DNA of 64,000 nt from Octopus vulgaris. Lineage: Eukaryota. A model generated the notes under the pieces. The model ran no database searches. It was not told the origin of the DNA and was given only the letters and a program-made list of their open reading frames with translations. Positions 40,945-54,752 of the stretch are shown piece by piece. The DNA is taken from the NCBI GenBank assembly GCA_951406725.2, contig OX597815.1, positions 206,894,001 to 206,958,000 on the forward strand, read 5' to 3'. Position 1 is the stretch's first letter. Each line of letters begins with the position of its first letter. The position numbers and the translations under genes were made by a program.

Positions 40945-42591
40945 AAGGTTTAGAAGATCTGGCCAGCTTTCTTCACAAATGTGAATGAAATCATGTCTGA
41001 TATTAAGGTTTCCAAAGCAACCTTTCAAGAAGACAGTCTGTAATTTTATTTACTTTCGTACTGAATCAACTGTCCGGTGGCTATATGAGAATGTATATGA
41101 ATCCTCTAATTTCTTTTCTAACTACTTAAAGATTTACACCGAAATATCTACAATACTAAACATCTGGACTTAATATCAACATTTTTAGCTGATATAGAAA
41201 TGAAATTTGGCTAGAAGAAATGTTTTTAGAGCATAGTCGAACATGGAACAGATATTTTTCTTGGAGATAAACATTAAAATCGATTATATCCGTAACTCCA
41301 CCCAACTGCTGCAAATACTTATGTTTCGACGGAAACATAGCACAGAGAAAATATATATAAATAAAAGAGAGATGCCAAAGAGTATAGTGCCATACTTTAA
41401 AACTATACCTCTTAGGGTTTGTTTTCTTCTTAAAACAAGACACTGTCCCACATAGCATTGCCTGTACCAGTACAGCTGTCGATATTTGGGCTACTTGAGT
41501 GGAAGACAGAGAAAATGCTCTCCATACATGAGAATGAAAGCTTGAAAAGACTTGAACACATCACAGAAATAGAGATATCCTTAGATTCTATAAGGTTTTT
41601 TTATCAAGTACATTTGACCATAACTATATACCTGAATGCAAGCCTGGGTAAAGTTGTATTGAGGATGATGTCAAGTTACTCATATATGCAAGTCTCATCC
41701 CTGCACGTCACTGATATTATCCATAGCAGAGGCCATTACTTTATGGCCGATACAGATTGGTAACACTGTTGTTGTAGGCTTTGATCTTAGATCACAAAGA
41801 GCCAGAACACAGTGTAAAATGGTTTTGAAAAATCCCCTAACAGCTTAGTCAACATACCGCCCTAGATTGGTTAATTTTATCGACCCTGAGAGGAAAAAAA
41901 CAAAGTTAAGTTTGGAGGGATTTGAACTTAAGCGCAGTGAGTCTGAACAAATGCCGTGAGGTTTTCTCTTCGACACTTTAGTGACTCTTTCGATACGCTG
42001 GTTTAAGCACAAACGATATCGCTCATGAAACAATGGAATAGAAGAGCGGTTGAAAATGAATCCGGTCGGCCTTAAGTTTTGTACCACTACCGACTACTGA
42101 ATAGCATTAACAAAACTAAATACCTAGACCTAGTACTCGGATGTGAGGAGAGAAACATTTCATCGTTTGAGAGTTAGGTCCTTGAGAAGAAGGTTATGAA
42201 GTCTCCGATAATATTTCTGAAACTGTTGGTCGAGCATATTTACATATTTCAAAACGAAAAAAAGGTTATGAAGACTCATGATTCTCGGAAACTTGAGATT
42301 GGTGCCAATAACGACAGGAAATGTACTTTCTCTTGAACTCCTGCCCTTTACTCTACAGCATATTTTGAAGAGCATACTTTTGCTGACAAACGCAAGGAAT
42401 AACTACCAAATTCTTGTTGAACAAAGAACAGAGTGAAACCCTTAAAATTGGAAATGTCACAAAAAATGACGATTATGTCACATAGCTTCAGATGACATCA
42501 CGCAGCTCCAAAATGTCACTATCTTCCTGTGTGTCATGCATCAAGTTATTGCTAAAACAAATGCATTTCCTACAGAATAAAGGACTGAGCA

Positions 42592-42640
<49 letters not shown>

Positions 42641-42643
<3 letters not shown>

Positions 42644-43008
42644 CGCAGGAGGGCTGTGTGGTAAGTAGCTTGCTAACCAACCACACGGTTGCGGGTTCAG
42701 TCCACTGCGTGGCATCTTGGGCAAGTGTCTTCTGCTATAGCCCCGGGCCGACCAATGCCTTGTGAGTGGATTTGGTAGACGGAAACTGAAAGAAGCCTGT
42801 CGTATATATGTATATATATGTATATGTGTGTGTGTTTGTGTGTCTGTGTTTGTCCCCTAGCATTGCTTGACAACCGATGCTGGTGTGTTTACGTCCCCGT
42901 CACTTAGCGGTTCGGCAAAAGAGACCGATAGAATAAGTACTAAAAAAGGTGGTGCTCCAGCATGGCCGCAGTCAAATGACTGAAACAAGTAAAAGAGTAA
43001 AAAGAGTA
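42641..43008 (+). mobile_element. SINE family B
   Basis: match with a short internal deletion. Confidence 0.88.
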
Positions 43009-43092
43009 ATATATATATATATCTGTAAATGTAATATGTGACAATTATTCGGTAGCCATGAAAATATGAACAGACACATCATCAGAGCTTAT

Positions 43093-43131
<39 letters not shown>

Positions 43132-43200
43132 TAAGTTAACATTTTTAATGTCCTAAACTTGATGAACCAACTATTGTGCTCCTCCATTTTCTTATTTGCA

Positions 43201-43276
<76 letters not shown>

Positions 43277-43383
43277 GTGTGTGTGTATGTATATATATAA
43301 GCTCTGATGATGCGTCTGATCATATTTTCAAGTGAAGGAATATCAGTAGAATATTTTCATCAAATCTCCCACTAAAATAACTG

Positions 43384-43425
<42 letters not shown>

Positions 43426-43427
<2 letters not shown>

Positions 43428-43640
43428 CTTTTCTTTGTTTCAACCATTTGACTGCGGCCATGCTGGAGCACCGCCTTTAGTCGAACAAATCGAACCCAGG
43501 ATCTATTCTTTGAAAACCTAGTACTTTTTCTATCGGTCTCTTTTGTCGAACCGCTAGGTTACGTAAAAAATCGGTTGTCAAGCGATGGTGGGGGACAAAC
43601 ACAGACACACAAACACACACACACACACACACACACACAA
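43426..43640 (-). mobile_element. SINE family B, 3' half
   Basis: reverse-complement match to the B tail. Confidence 0.82.
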
Positions 43641-43661
43641 ATACACACACATATTCATTTA

Positions 43662-43868
43662 TACGAGGAGGTGCTGAAATGTTCCTGGTTTTAAGGGGAT
43701 CGCGGAAGGCCTGGTTGGAGACCCAACTTTCCGAGTTCTTTTACAGGGCTTAGAAAAACGGAAGGACCGCTGCAATAAATGTGTGAATCTGGGAAGGGGA
43801 TATCTTGAATAAAATCATAATTAACTGATCCTCCTGTATTTTCTTATACCCAAAGCCACCCTTGTATA
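43662..43868 (+). mobile_element. mariner-derived MITE
   Basis: TA-flanked TACGAGGAGGTGCTGAAA end; remnant GLEKRKDRCNKCVNLGRGYLE* resembles a mariner transposase C-terminus. Confidence 0.75.
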
Positions 43869-45354
43869 GTTGTGTGTGTTTGTATATTTACAAGAAAACT
43901 GTGACAGTGACTTCGAAGTGTTCGTCAGTCTTGTGAAGTCACATAGCTTTTGCTATATCACTCGATTTTACGTCAATGTCAACCAAGCCTTTTTCCTTGA
44001 GTAAATTTTTGGCTGTATTTACGACAGCACAAAAGAACGTATATTAACATATGTGTTTATGCGCGCGCGTGTATTTACGTGTGTTTGGATGTCAGCGACT
44101 GTGTATAATCACTCTTAGAAATGTGTGTTACTGAATTGCGCTTTTCTTATATTTTTTGCGTTAAACGGAATGAAAGAATGGTGTTTTAATTTCATATTCA
44201 TGACTTACGCATGAAAGGTGGTTAATGAGCAGAAAGAATTTTGTCTAATGAATTTATTATTTTTAACCAACAAGTGAAATTTTATTCCATCCGTCGACTA
44301 TAAAAGGATGTTTTACTTTTCGTGAGTAGGCGAGACAAAAACTACACCCTGAACTTGAAACATTTCCCAGAATTATATTATGCTGCAATAATATATTCGT
44401 CATCGCATACAAATATACTGTATTAGCACACACTAAATTGATGTCATCTATTTGACCAATTTTTATAATTAACAACTATCTTCGCAGTTTTTACTCAGTA
44501 ACATCAACGATAAGCATTTCTCCTACATAATCGTTTCAAGTTACAAAACAAAAACAAGCACACAGCCATCTACTTCTTAAGAGCGATATATTTTGATTAT
44601 CATAATAAGGTTTCGTTACACAGCAAAGCTATTGTAAATAATATATGAAGCATTTTACTGATTGGTATGCCATTCATTTTCAATCTCTGACACGTCACCC
44701 CTCAAAGAACAGTGTATACAATGTTTCTGGAAGTAAATGTTCCAAAAAATTATCTGTCTACCCACACGAATACCTACGCAAATGAATGCGTGATTATACA
44801 ATCAACAACAGAGACGAATTTGTATGTCTTAATACCAGCTAAGTAAAAGACACATACATGAAATAAAATAGTAATAAGTGCAATAAAACGCTATCACTCA
44901 ATAAAGTCTGAAAATCTATAAAATAGCATTATTGTGAAATGTTATAGATTTCATTTTATTAGGTATATATCAAAGATTTGTTAATCGAAAAGTTTATAGC
45001 GAAGTTCATAAACAACAAAGATAAAAAGTATTTGGTATGTTGAAATATAATAGTTTCTCGTAAAGAAGTCACTTCAAAAATTCTTTTATATCGAAGATTG
45101 TAAAGGTTTCCGTTTAAAATCAAGGAAGTTAGAAATGGCCGTAGGTATTTACATATCGATAAAATTTGTACAGGACACACACACAAACTCATGCGTACAC
45201 ATACATACATACATATATACATACATATATACATACATACATACATACATACATACATACATACATACACACATTCATACACACATAGATACATAATACA
45301 TACATACATACATATATGCACACACACACACACACACACACATATACTCTATTA

Positions 45355-45764
45355 TTCTTTGACTTGTTTCAGTCATTTGACTGTGGCTATGCTAAAGCAC
45401 CGCCTTTAGTCGAGCAAATCGACCCCAGGACTTATTCTTTGTAAGCCTAGTACTTATTCTATCGGTCTCTTTTGTCGAACCGCTGAGTTACGGGGACGCA
45501 AACACACCAGCATCGGTTGTCAAGCGATGTTCGGGGGACAAAAACAGACACACGAACACATACACACATACATACACACATATATATATAAACATATATA
45601 CGAGGGGCTTCTTTCAATTTCCGTCTATCAAATCCACTCACAAAACTTTGGTCGGCCCGAGGCTATAGTAGAAGATACTTGCCCAAAGTGCCACGCAGTG
45701 GCAATGAACTCGGAACCATGTGGTTCTTAAGTAAGCTTCTTATCACACAGCCACACCTACGCCT
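45355..45764 (-). mobile_element. SINE family B
   Basis: reverse-complement match to other B copies. Confidence 0.86.
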
Positions 45765-45780
45765 ATTTATATATATATAT

Positions 45781-46284
45781 ACACACACAACAGCCAAAAG
45801 CTTTAACCGCAAAATAACATCAATTCCGTAAACCAGGAGAAAATTAAAAAACATTTAACCTGTAATTTCTCATACGATGCACCGTTTCATCTACTGTTTA
45901 ATGGTAAACTAACCTGATTAAATTAAATCAAGCCAATCTACCATAGGCCCTTAGATTCATCAGTAAGAAATAGCCAAGTCGGAACAGATATTTTTCACGA
46001 GGCATTCCCGTTGCTGCCTCGGCAATATCTGACCTAAAATTTTCAAATCGTCGCACTCGCGCCAAATTTATCGGCAGCAAATAAATATAAGCCGCCGATT
46101 CCATTACGGAATTAACCAGAAAATTCATAATTAATCAATATAGGGTGGCAAACAAAATTTTGTAGAATTCTTTTGCACCACGGCCTAGTGGGAAAAATTA
46201 AATAAATTAAATAGTTTATGACTATTTAATTTTTTCCCACTAGGCCGCTGGTGGCAAAAGAATTCTACAAAATTTTTTTTTGCC

Positions 46285-46290
<6 letters not shown>
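45781..46290 (-). mobile_element. hammerhead-bearing non-coding element with terminal fold-back, between microsatellites
   Basis: body 46000-46200 is homologous to 59440-59640; imperfect palindrome 46138-46292; (TA)n follows. Confidence 0.72.
45865..45971 (-). ncRNA. type I hammerhead ribozyme motif with long extended stem II
   Basis: minus strand: ATTTCTTA-CTGATGA-ATCTA..[19-bp hairpin]..TAGAT-GAAA-CGGT(gc)ATCG-TA^TGAGAAAT; 8-bp stem I; all hairpin mismatches are G-U on this strand. Confidence 0.85.
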
Positions 46291-46361
<71 letters not shown>

Positions 46362-47286
46362 TTCATCACACGCGTAATATGCTTTTGGGTTAATATTTAG
46401 ATTATTGGGGAATATTTCTTCTTATTACTTAACAAATTTATGATTAGTTACTTTTCTTCGCTAGCCAACATTTGCTGTCATGAGTATCCACGTGGACATT
46501 TTTCTCGATGCTCTAAAAGTACTTTTCTCTGCAATTTAACGTGCAAATATAAGCCATTGCTACTAATTTTTAACGTAAGATATTTTATTTCGATTCAATG
46601 AATATACTAAAATTAGCTCAAGTATATGAATCTTTACAGACTATGAAACATTAGCTCAGACAGAAATTTGTAAATCCACTATGGAATTAAATAGTAATAT
46701 ATTCATGCAAATAGTGAACAATAAGACTTTTGAATTACCCCTTATTTAAACGGGTATGAGCTCTTAAAATTTTGGCATAGGACTGACCTCAAATTTATTT
46801 GTTGGTTAAATGGTTTCGTTTCACCATTTTTGCGGAAACAATATCATTTAATCTGACAAATCTGAACTCCCCAATATACAATGTTCACAAGCTTCATTGG
46901 TCCTTACTTTGAATCTGCCTTTCTACCTTGGGTTTCGCTAAAATTTATTTTAGGTTGATCGTTTTCAAAAACTTTAAAAGCGAACTATAAGGATTATTTT
47001 GAAATATCGTCTGCGTCGGTGAACCTCTTTCTTGTACCGGTTGATTACACTAAATTACGTTTAGCGACTGTTAATGCTTGAAGGAAATGTGTTTTAACTT
47101 TCCTGCACTCATATTTCATAGACGTTTGTCTAAGATGTGGCATTCATTTCGATATATCTAGATATAGTGTAAAACGTTTCTCAAATATTCTCAAAGCAAC
47201 TCAAAGAAAATCTTTATAATCTCTTATATTTAATGAAAACGATTGAATAGATCGGTAGAGCGCTAGTGAGAAAGTGACACATAGAC

Positions 47287-47357
<71 letters not shown>

Positions 47358-47629
47358 CTGATAGAGAGAGAGAGAGAGACAGGTAGAGGGAGGGAGAGAG
47401 AGAGCCGAATATCGGAGTACATAAAAATGAGTTTTGTGATTAAAGATCATACATGAATCTTCAATAATAAAAGAAAGTTGTAAACGTCATTTTGATGAAA
47501 ATATATTAAGATAAGAATTTATAAGAATTTTCTAGACATTATAGATTTTATTAATCGCTTTCTTTTAGAAGAAGTTACAACTGTGTGTTACATACACACA
47601 CACATACACATGTATATACATGGAAATGG

Positions 47630-47681
<52 letters not shown>

Positions 47682-47684
47682 CAC

Positions 47685-47716
<32 letters not shown>

Positions 47717-48469
47717 GTATGTATACAATATATATATATATACATATATTTATACGCATATGTGTGTGTAAATGTGCATATGTGTATATATAAATATATT
47801 ATGTATATATTCATACACAGAAACACGCGCGCACACACACACACGCATATATACAGAAAGAGAAAGAGAGAGGAGAGAGGGAGAGAGAAAGAGAAAGAGA
47901 TCGGGGAAGGAGGGAGAGAAATAGATAGCCAGACAGACAGAGCCGTAGACAAATTGATAAGTAGATAGTGGTGTAACAATATGGCTCTTTTTAAACAGCA
48001 TAAATATAGTGTGCATGATATTGTCACACTTTAATTTTCTGCGATTGCATCTCTATCATATTTTAAAGATGTGTAACACTGTCTGCAAAGATGTACAAAA
48101 CTCTTTAGAGAGGTCAAAGCATGTTTTGAAAAGTAACGGAATGTTATCTTTTAGTTTAGTTACTTATAAAAGCTCTTAGAAAATGCACTATTTTTAGCGA
48201 AGGATTACGAATCGTATGAATAGTTTAGGCATTTAATGTTGAAATTATATTTTCATTTACCATGAAACAAGCATGAACAAAGAACTGAAGTGTAAAGATA
48301 ACAAACACTGAGCTAAGAAATTCTGTTAATAAACAGTGTGAGCTTAAAATAAAAGGTGGGTCTATTGTGTTCTTTGATTTTCTTTGTCTGAAAATAGCAT
48401 TGCTATGCAAAATAGCTATGTTTCCAAAGCTGCTATAAATCCTGAAATTTAAAAGATTGTAAATATTAT

Positions 48470-49172
48470 TTTCCACTTTAGGCGCAAGGCCCGAAATTTT
48501 TGAGGAGTGGTCCAGTCGATTAGATCGACCCCAGTACGCAACTGGTACTTAATTTATTGACTCCGAAAGGATGAAAGGCAAAGACGACCTCGGCGGAATT
48601 TGAACTCGGAACATAAAGACAGGCGAAATACCAATTTCTTTACTACCCACAAGGGGAGAAATACAGAGAGGATAAACAAGGACAGACAAACGGATTAAGT
48701 CGATTATATCGACCCCAGTGCGCAACTGGTACTTAATTTATTGATTCCGAAAGGATGAAAAGTAAAGTCGATCTCGGCGGAATTTGAACTCGGAACGTAA
48801 AGACAGGCGAAATACCTATTTCTTTACTATCCACAAGGGGCTAAATACAGAGAAGACAAACAAGGACTGACAAACGGATTAAGTCGATTATATCGACCCC
48901 AGTGCGTAACTGGTACTTATTTAATCGATCCCGAAAGGATGAAAGGCAAAGTCGTCCTCGGTGGAAATTGAACAGACGAAATACCGGTAAGCATTTCAGC
49001 CGGTGTGCTAACGTTTCTTTTCTACTCTAGGCACACGGCCCGAAATTTAGAGGGAGGGGGCACTCGATTATATCGACCCTAGTACGCAACTGGTACTTAA
49101 TTTATCGATCCCGAAAGAATGAAAAGCAAAGTCGACCTCGGCGGAATTCGAATTCAGAACGTAAAGACAGAC
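48470..49172 (-). mobile_element. tandem array of four SINE C units
   Basis: core repeated four times with two different tail types. Confidence 0.85.
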
Positions 49173-50025
49173 GCCTTTCAATGTAGATATACTGCGCTCA
49201 CTATATCGGAAATAGCACTATATTCTCTAAGACAATGTAATTTTGATCCGCCTTGTATAAGTTATACAGATAATGCATTTAAATAGAATCTACAGAAACT
49301 AGTGAAGATCAGATTAAGTGATGAATCAATGTATGAAGAGCAACCTTTTTTCTATTGCGAGAATCTAAAACATGTAAGAGGTAAATAAAGATAATTTATC
49401 TCACAGGAAAATATTTTGTCAACCAGCATATTTGTGTCTGCAATGCATAGTTTGTCACGCATATTGGGTTAAATTAATTTTCATCCATTTTCAAAGAGCT
49501 TTTACAATTTGCATAACTTAAAGATAGCATTCGAAATTATGAAAAAATGCTTTGTCTTCAAAGAGTTTAGATGTTTCTAATTAAATGCCAAACAGATATA
49601 CGCAGAGAAGTTTCCATTATCTTGTTTACTGTTCTAGCTAATCACCAATCTGGTGTTATCAAGCAAAAGGCTTAAAAACTGTAATTTCATCTTCTCTGTT
49701 TCAGCAAGGTTATTTTCTTACAGCGATGCTTTCTCAAAGAAGACAAAATTGTTTTTTCAGAATCTATTTAAAAAAAAAAAAAAGGTCAGAATATCAAAGA
49801 TTATTTATTACATATTTATTCTTCTCTACACCCGGCATTCCAAAGGCTACCGCCTTTTTTGCATTGGAGCTTGAAATTAAGATAGATTGTAAGTAAATTA
49901 ACCCTGTTCGAAATGCCTAACTAAAAATTAAAACAGCAATCCTATGGCAAATACAGTTGTATTTTTATTTACACTACGTTTAATAAGTGCTCCAGAATAT
50001 TCGGTATTGGAATAGTATTTAATTA

Positions 50026-50455
50026 GGATCTTTTCGGTTTGAATGGCAGTTTTTTCTAGCGATGACATATGAAATTGTCACCCATAATTATGACCCTAGT
50101 ATCGATCTATTGCATTTCAATCTGTTTTAGGGTTAGGGTTAGTTAGGGTTGGTTAGGGGTGGGGGAAGGGTATCTTGTTTTCTTCAGAAATCTAAATAAA
50201 CCCAATTTGTTTCTTAAACGAGAGACATTTTCATACGGCAGAGATTCTTTTCACCTCAATAGACGGTCATTGATTGGTTGAAATTGCAGAAATTGAAGAA
50301 AAATAAATAACAAATATCTTGCAAACTATAGAATTTTCTCAATAAAGCCAAGAGAAAAATATGTTTTATAAACATTCTATCAGAATACGAAGTTTAAAAA
50401 TGTTTAGTTACCTAGAAATTATGTTAAAAAACTGCCGTTCGAACCGAAAAGATCC
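50026..50455 (-). mobile_element. TAACCC-containing MITE
   Basis: TIRs; flanked by an 18-bp near-duplication. Confidence 0.9.
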
Positions 50456-51909
50456 TGGAATAGCACTTAATTAACCTTGCAAAGTGTTTTCAGTAATGAT
50501 TTACTTCGCCTACCTATTCTATTTAGTTCCCACCCACATTTACTCCAGACCAATATTTAATTGGAGTGTTTTTCCGATTATTAACATCGAAATCCTTAGG
50601 TCATATGTTTAATAGGTTTCATTGTAAGAAAGAATTTGTCAAATCTTTCCGTACCTCATGAAGTTTGAAAATATTTGAACTATGTGAAAAGGTTTTTACT
50701 TGTCACAAATTTCAACAATGTTGCTGACATGATTAAACAGATATGTCGTTAGAGTAATGCTGTGTTTTTCTCACAGTATAATAATTTTAGATTAGATTTT
50801 TTAATGCTCTCTTCATTAAATGTGCTAACACTAACCTAACTATATATCGTTAGCGTCGCAATGTTTTATTTCTATTGAAAGATTGTAGCACAGTCTATGG
50901 AATAATCTCCTATCCTTAATCAAACGTTTACATAGTCTTTGTATGTCCTCCCCATTTGAACGTTTTAAGGTGGCTCACATATATAACGGACGCAACGCAT
51001 AGACAAATTATGGAAGCTACACACACAATAGAAGATAAATCTAGTCTAAATAGAAACTAGAATAAAACACTAGCACTCCCACCCCCACACACCACAACCT
51101 ATGACAAAATAAGATTCCCATAAACTAATGTTAATATGAAACTAATACAATGGACAGATAAATAAATGGAATTAAATAATTATATATATATATAAACAAA
51201 GTAAAATTAATTAATTTAAATTAAATTAATTCAAAAATGAAAGAAATGAAAAAGAAGATAAGACAAATGAATAAAATAAATAAAAATAAATTAAACGAGT
51301 GTGAATAAACAGAGGATACTGATGATGCAGGTACCTTGCACATTCTCACACACACACTAAACATAGACACACACACAGGGATATACGCATGCGCAAATAA
51401 AGCCACACATGGATATACGCAAACACATATAAAGACACATACAGCGGGAATACAAAATGGCAGATCGTTAGGAAGGAGAGACACAAAAAACGAAAGAAGA
51501 AAGCAAAGGACCACTGATGAGGAAACAGATGTGTGACGAAAGAACTCTGGGCCGAAATACAATTAAAATAAAACTGAAGCAAGTGAACACCAAACATGAC
51601 CGTCCCCAAATCCAACAATATCTGTTTCAACAAACGAATTCACATCAAGAATCTTGCAAAACGAAAATATATGTGTGTGCGTATATGTGTGTGTATATGT
51701 CAGGTTATTCATAAAACCTATTTATTATTAAATTGAAAGGTTAATCAACACATTTCAGTGGGCTACATACTTATTAATTTTCATAAGGCGAAGGTTGACA
51801 GTGACCTGGCAGTTTCTGCTTACCCCCAGCTATAAGTCTGTCAAGACACACAAACACGTAGATAGACAGACAGACGGACAGCAAGACACCTGAATAGTAA
51901 ATCAACTTG

Positions 51910-52135
51910 TAAGGCAGCGAGCTGGCAGAAACGTTAGCACGCCGGGCGAAATGCGTAGCCGTATTTCGTCCACCGTTAGGTTCTGAGTTCAAATTCCACC
52001 GAGGTCGACTTTTCCTTTCATCCTTTCGGGGTGGATTAAATAAGTACCATTGGGGTCGATATTATCGACTTAATCCGTTTGTCTGTCCTTGTTTGTCCCC
52101 TCTATGTTTAGCCCCTTGTGGGCAATAAAGAAATA
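51910..52135 (+). mobile_element. SINE family C (Meta-domain-like core), Tx1-like tail
   Basis: TSD AGTAAATCAACTTG (51896-51909, 52136-52149); family core CCTTTCATCCTTTCGGGGTCGATAAA..AGTACCAG resembles the MetaSINE domain. Confidence 0.88.
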
Positions 52136-52185
52136 AGTAAATCAACTTGAAATATAGCCGATATGATTTCCGTAAAATTTTCTTT

Positions 52186-52616
52186 GAATATTTTCGGTTT
52201 GAACGGCAGTTTTTTAAAATAAGTTCCACGTAATTAAACACTTTTAAACTTCGTATACTGGTAGAATGTGTTTATAAAACATCTTTTTCTCTTGGCTTTA
52301 TTGAGAAAATTCTATAGTTTGTAAGATATTTGTTGTTTTTTTCTTCAATTTCTGCAATTTCAACCAATCAAAGACGTCTATTTAGGTGAAAACATACATG
52401 CCGTATGAATATGTGCCTCGTTTAAGAAACAGATTGGGTTTATTTACATTTGGGAAGAAAAAAAGATACCCTTCCCCCACCCCTTAGCCTAACCCTAACT
52501 AACCCTAACCCTAAAATAGATTGAAATGCAATAGATCGATACTAGGGTCATAATTATGGGTGACAATTTCATATGAAACCGCTAGAAAAAACTGCTGTTC
52601 AAACCGAAAAAGATCC
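52186..52616 (+). mobile_element. TAACCC-containing MITE
   Basis: TIRs; 8-bp TSD TTTTCTTT. Confidence 0.92.
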
Positions 52617-53011
52617 TTTTCTTTATATCATTTCCGGAATGATATTTTAAGCAGGATGATATAGAGGTTTACGATTAGGACGACGTAGAAGTTTGAAAAT
52701 AACACAAGTTACCAAAGCTTTATGTAATGCTATAAAATAGATATATACAATAAGCATAATTGTGCACGCGTAAAAATAATGACTGTATACAAATCTGTCT
52801 CGACTGTTATTTTTATCTTTATGTGAGTTACTTCACGCATGTAACTTTCTAATTCATTGTAACTTTGAACGTCAGGCCAGAATCAGACCGTGACCATATT
52901 TTATTAAGGAAAAGAATGTATGAAATATTTCTTGCGTGGGCTTGTATATAAATATCATATCAATAAATTTAAGGTTAAAATATTCACAAACGTCAATAAT
53001 GATAAAGTATA

Positions 53012-53395
53012 TGGAAGCACTCCGTCGGTTACGACGATGAGTGTTCCGGTTGATCCGGATCAACGGAACAGCCTGCTCGTGAAATTAACGTGTAAGTGGC
53101 TGAGCACTCCACAGACACGTGTACCCTTAACGTAGTTCTCGGGGATATCCAGCGTGACACAGAGAGTGACAAGGCTGGCCCTTTGAAATACAGGTACAAC
53201 AGAAACAGGAAGTAAGAATGAGAGAAAGTTGTGGTGAAAGAGTACAGCAGGGATCACCACCATCCCCTGCCGGAGCCTCGTGGAGCTTTAGGTGTTTTCG
53301 CTCAATAAACACTCACAACGCCCGGTCTGGGAATCGAAACCGCGATCCTATGACCGCGAGTCCGCTGCCCTAACCACTGGGCCATTGCGCCTCCC
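53012..53395 (-). mobile_element. SINE A1
   Basis: TSD ATGATAAAGTATA (52999-53011, 53396-53408). Confidence 0.92.
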
Positions 53396-53481
53396 ATGAT
53401 AAAGTATAAACACACTACTGTAACAAACATTTCTAGTTTATTGTGTTGTAGTTAAATGTTATTTATTGCAATAAAATTTTA

Positions 53482-53920
53482 GGATCTTTTCGGTTTGAAC
53501 GACAGTTTTTTTCTAGCGGTGTCATATGAAATTGTCACCCATAATTAGGACCCTAGTATCGATCTATTGCATTTCAATCTGTTTCAAGGTTAGGGTGAGT
53601 TACGGTTAGGACTAGGGTTAGGGGTGGGGGGAAGGGTATATTTTGTTCTTCAGAAATGTAAATAAACCCAATCTGTTTCTTAAACGAGGGACATATTCAT
53701 ACGGCACAGAATATTTTCACCTCAATAGACGTAATTGATTGGTTGAAATTGCAGAAATGAAGAAAAAATACAACAAATATCTTACAAATTATAGAATTTT
53801 CTCAATAAAGCCCAGAGAAAAAGATGTTTTATAAACACATTCTATTAGTATACGAAGTTTAAAAGTGTTTAGTTACGTGGAAATTATTTTTAAAAACTGC
53901 CGTTCAAACCGAAAAGATCC
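53482..53920 (-). mobile_element. TAACCC-containing MITE
   Basis: TIRs; 8-bp TSD AAATTTTA. Confidence 0.92.
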
Positions 53921-54554
53921 AAATTTTAAAAAATAAGATGTCCTGTTGCTATTCTCATAGCCCTTAATATGAGCCTCTCTCAATTCTGTGAAATGACTAT
54001 ATTGATATGGATGGTTAACATATTATGTATCATGTGGGACTAGAATTTGACACTTTGATGCTTATAAATAAATAATAATGTGCATGAAGCAAAAAGGAAT
54101 ATTTATTCAACTCACTTCAGCAATATTAACGTTATACAAGCACTAATAGCGTTTGTATTTATAGCGGAATAGAAAAAAAGGTATTGTAATATTATCCGGT
54201 AACTGATAGAGAAAAAATATGTAGTGTGTATTTATCATTTTACATACAGAATACACCTGGTAGTTGTTAAATATACGCTGTGCTGCTCACATTGTGTCCG
54301 GGTGGGTTTTATACGTTAACAATTTTATATTCGGCGCTTCAAAATAATTTCTTTTATTTGCAGCAAATAGCTTGAAAGTATGATTAATTGGCAATAAAAT
54401 CTTCGTACCAACTTATATTGCTACGTCGGCAATTTTTACATACAATTTAGTCTATAACTAATCATTATAGATGTCAGAACCTTTTGTACATCTCTTCAAC
54501 AGAAGACTAAGTACATAACTACGCTAATCATACATGTAATATTGCTGCAGATGA

Positions 54555-54752
54555 TGGTTGCGGACTGGTAGAACTGTTAGCACGCCGAGCAAAATGTTTA
54601 ACGACATCTCATCCGTCTCCATGTTCTGAGCTCAAATTTCGCCAAGATCGACTTTGCCTTTAATCCTTTTGAGGTCGACAAAATAAGTCAATGTAATTAG
54701 CTTACACCCCCATATCCGAAATTGCTGGGCTTGTGCCATAGTTTGAAACCAA
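54555..54752 (+). mobile_element. SINE family C, diverged
   Basis: head, core and tail similar to the 23883 copy. Confidence 0.7.

Noticed and set aside
51318-51345. CTGATGA followed by a TGCAG/TTGCA stem
   Set aside because: Followed by CATT rather than GAAA
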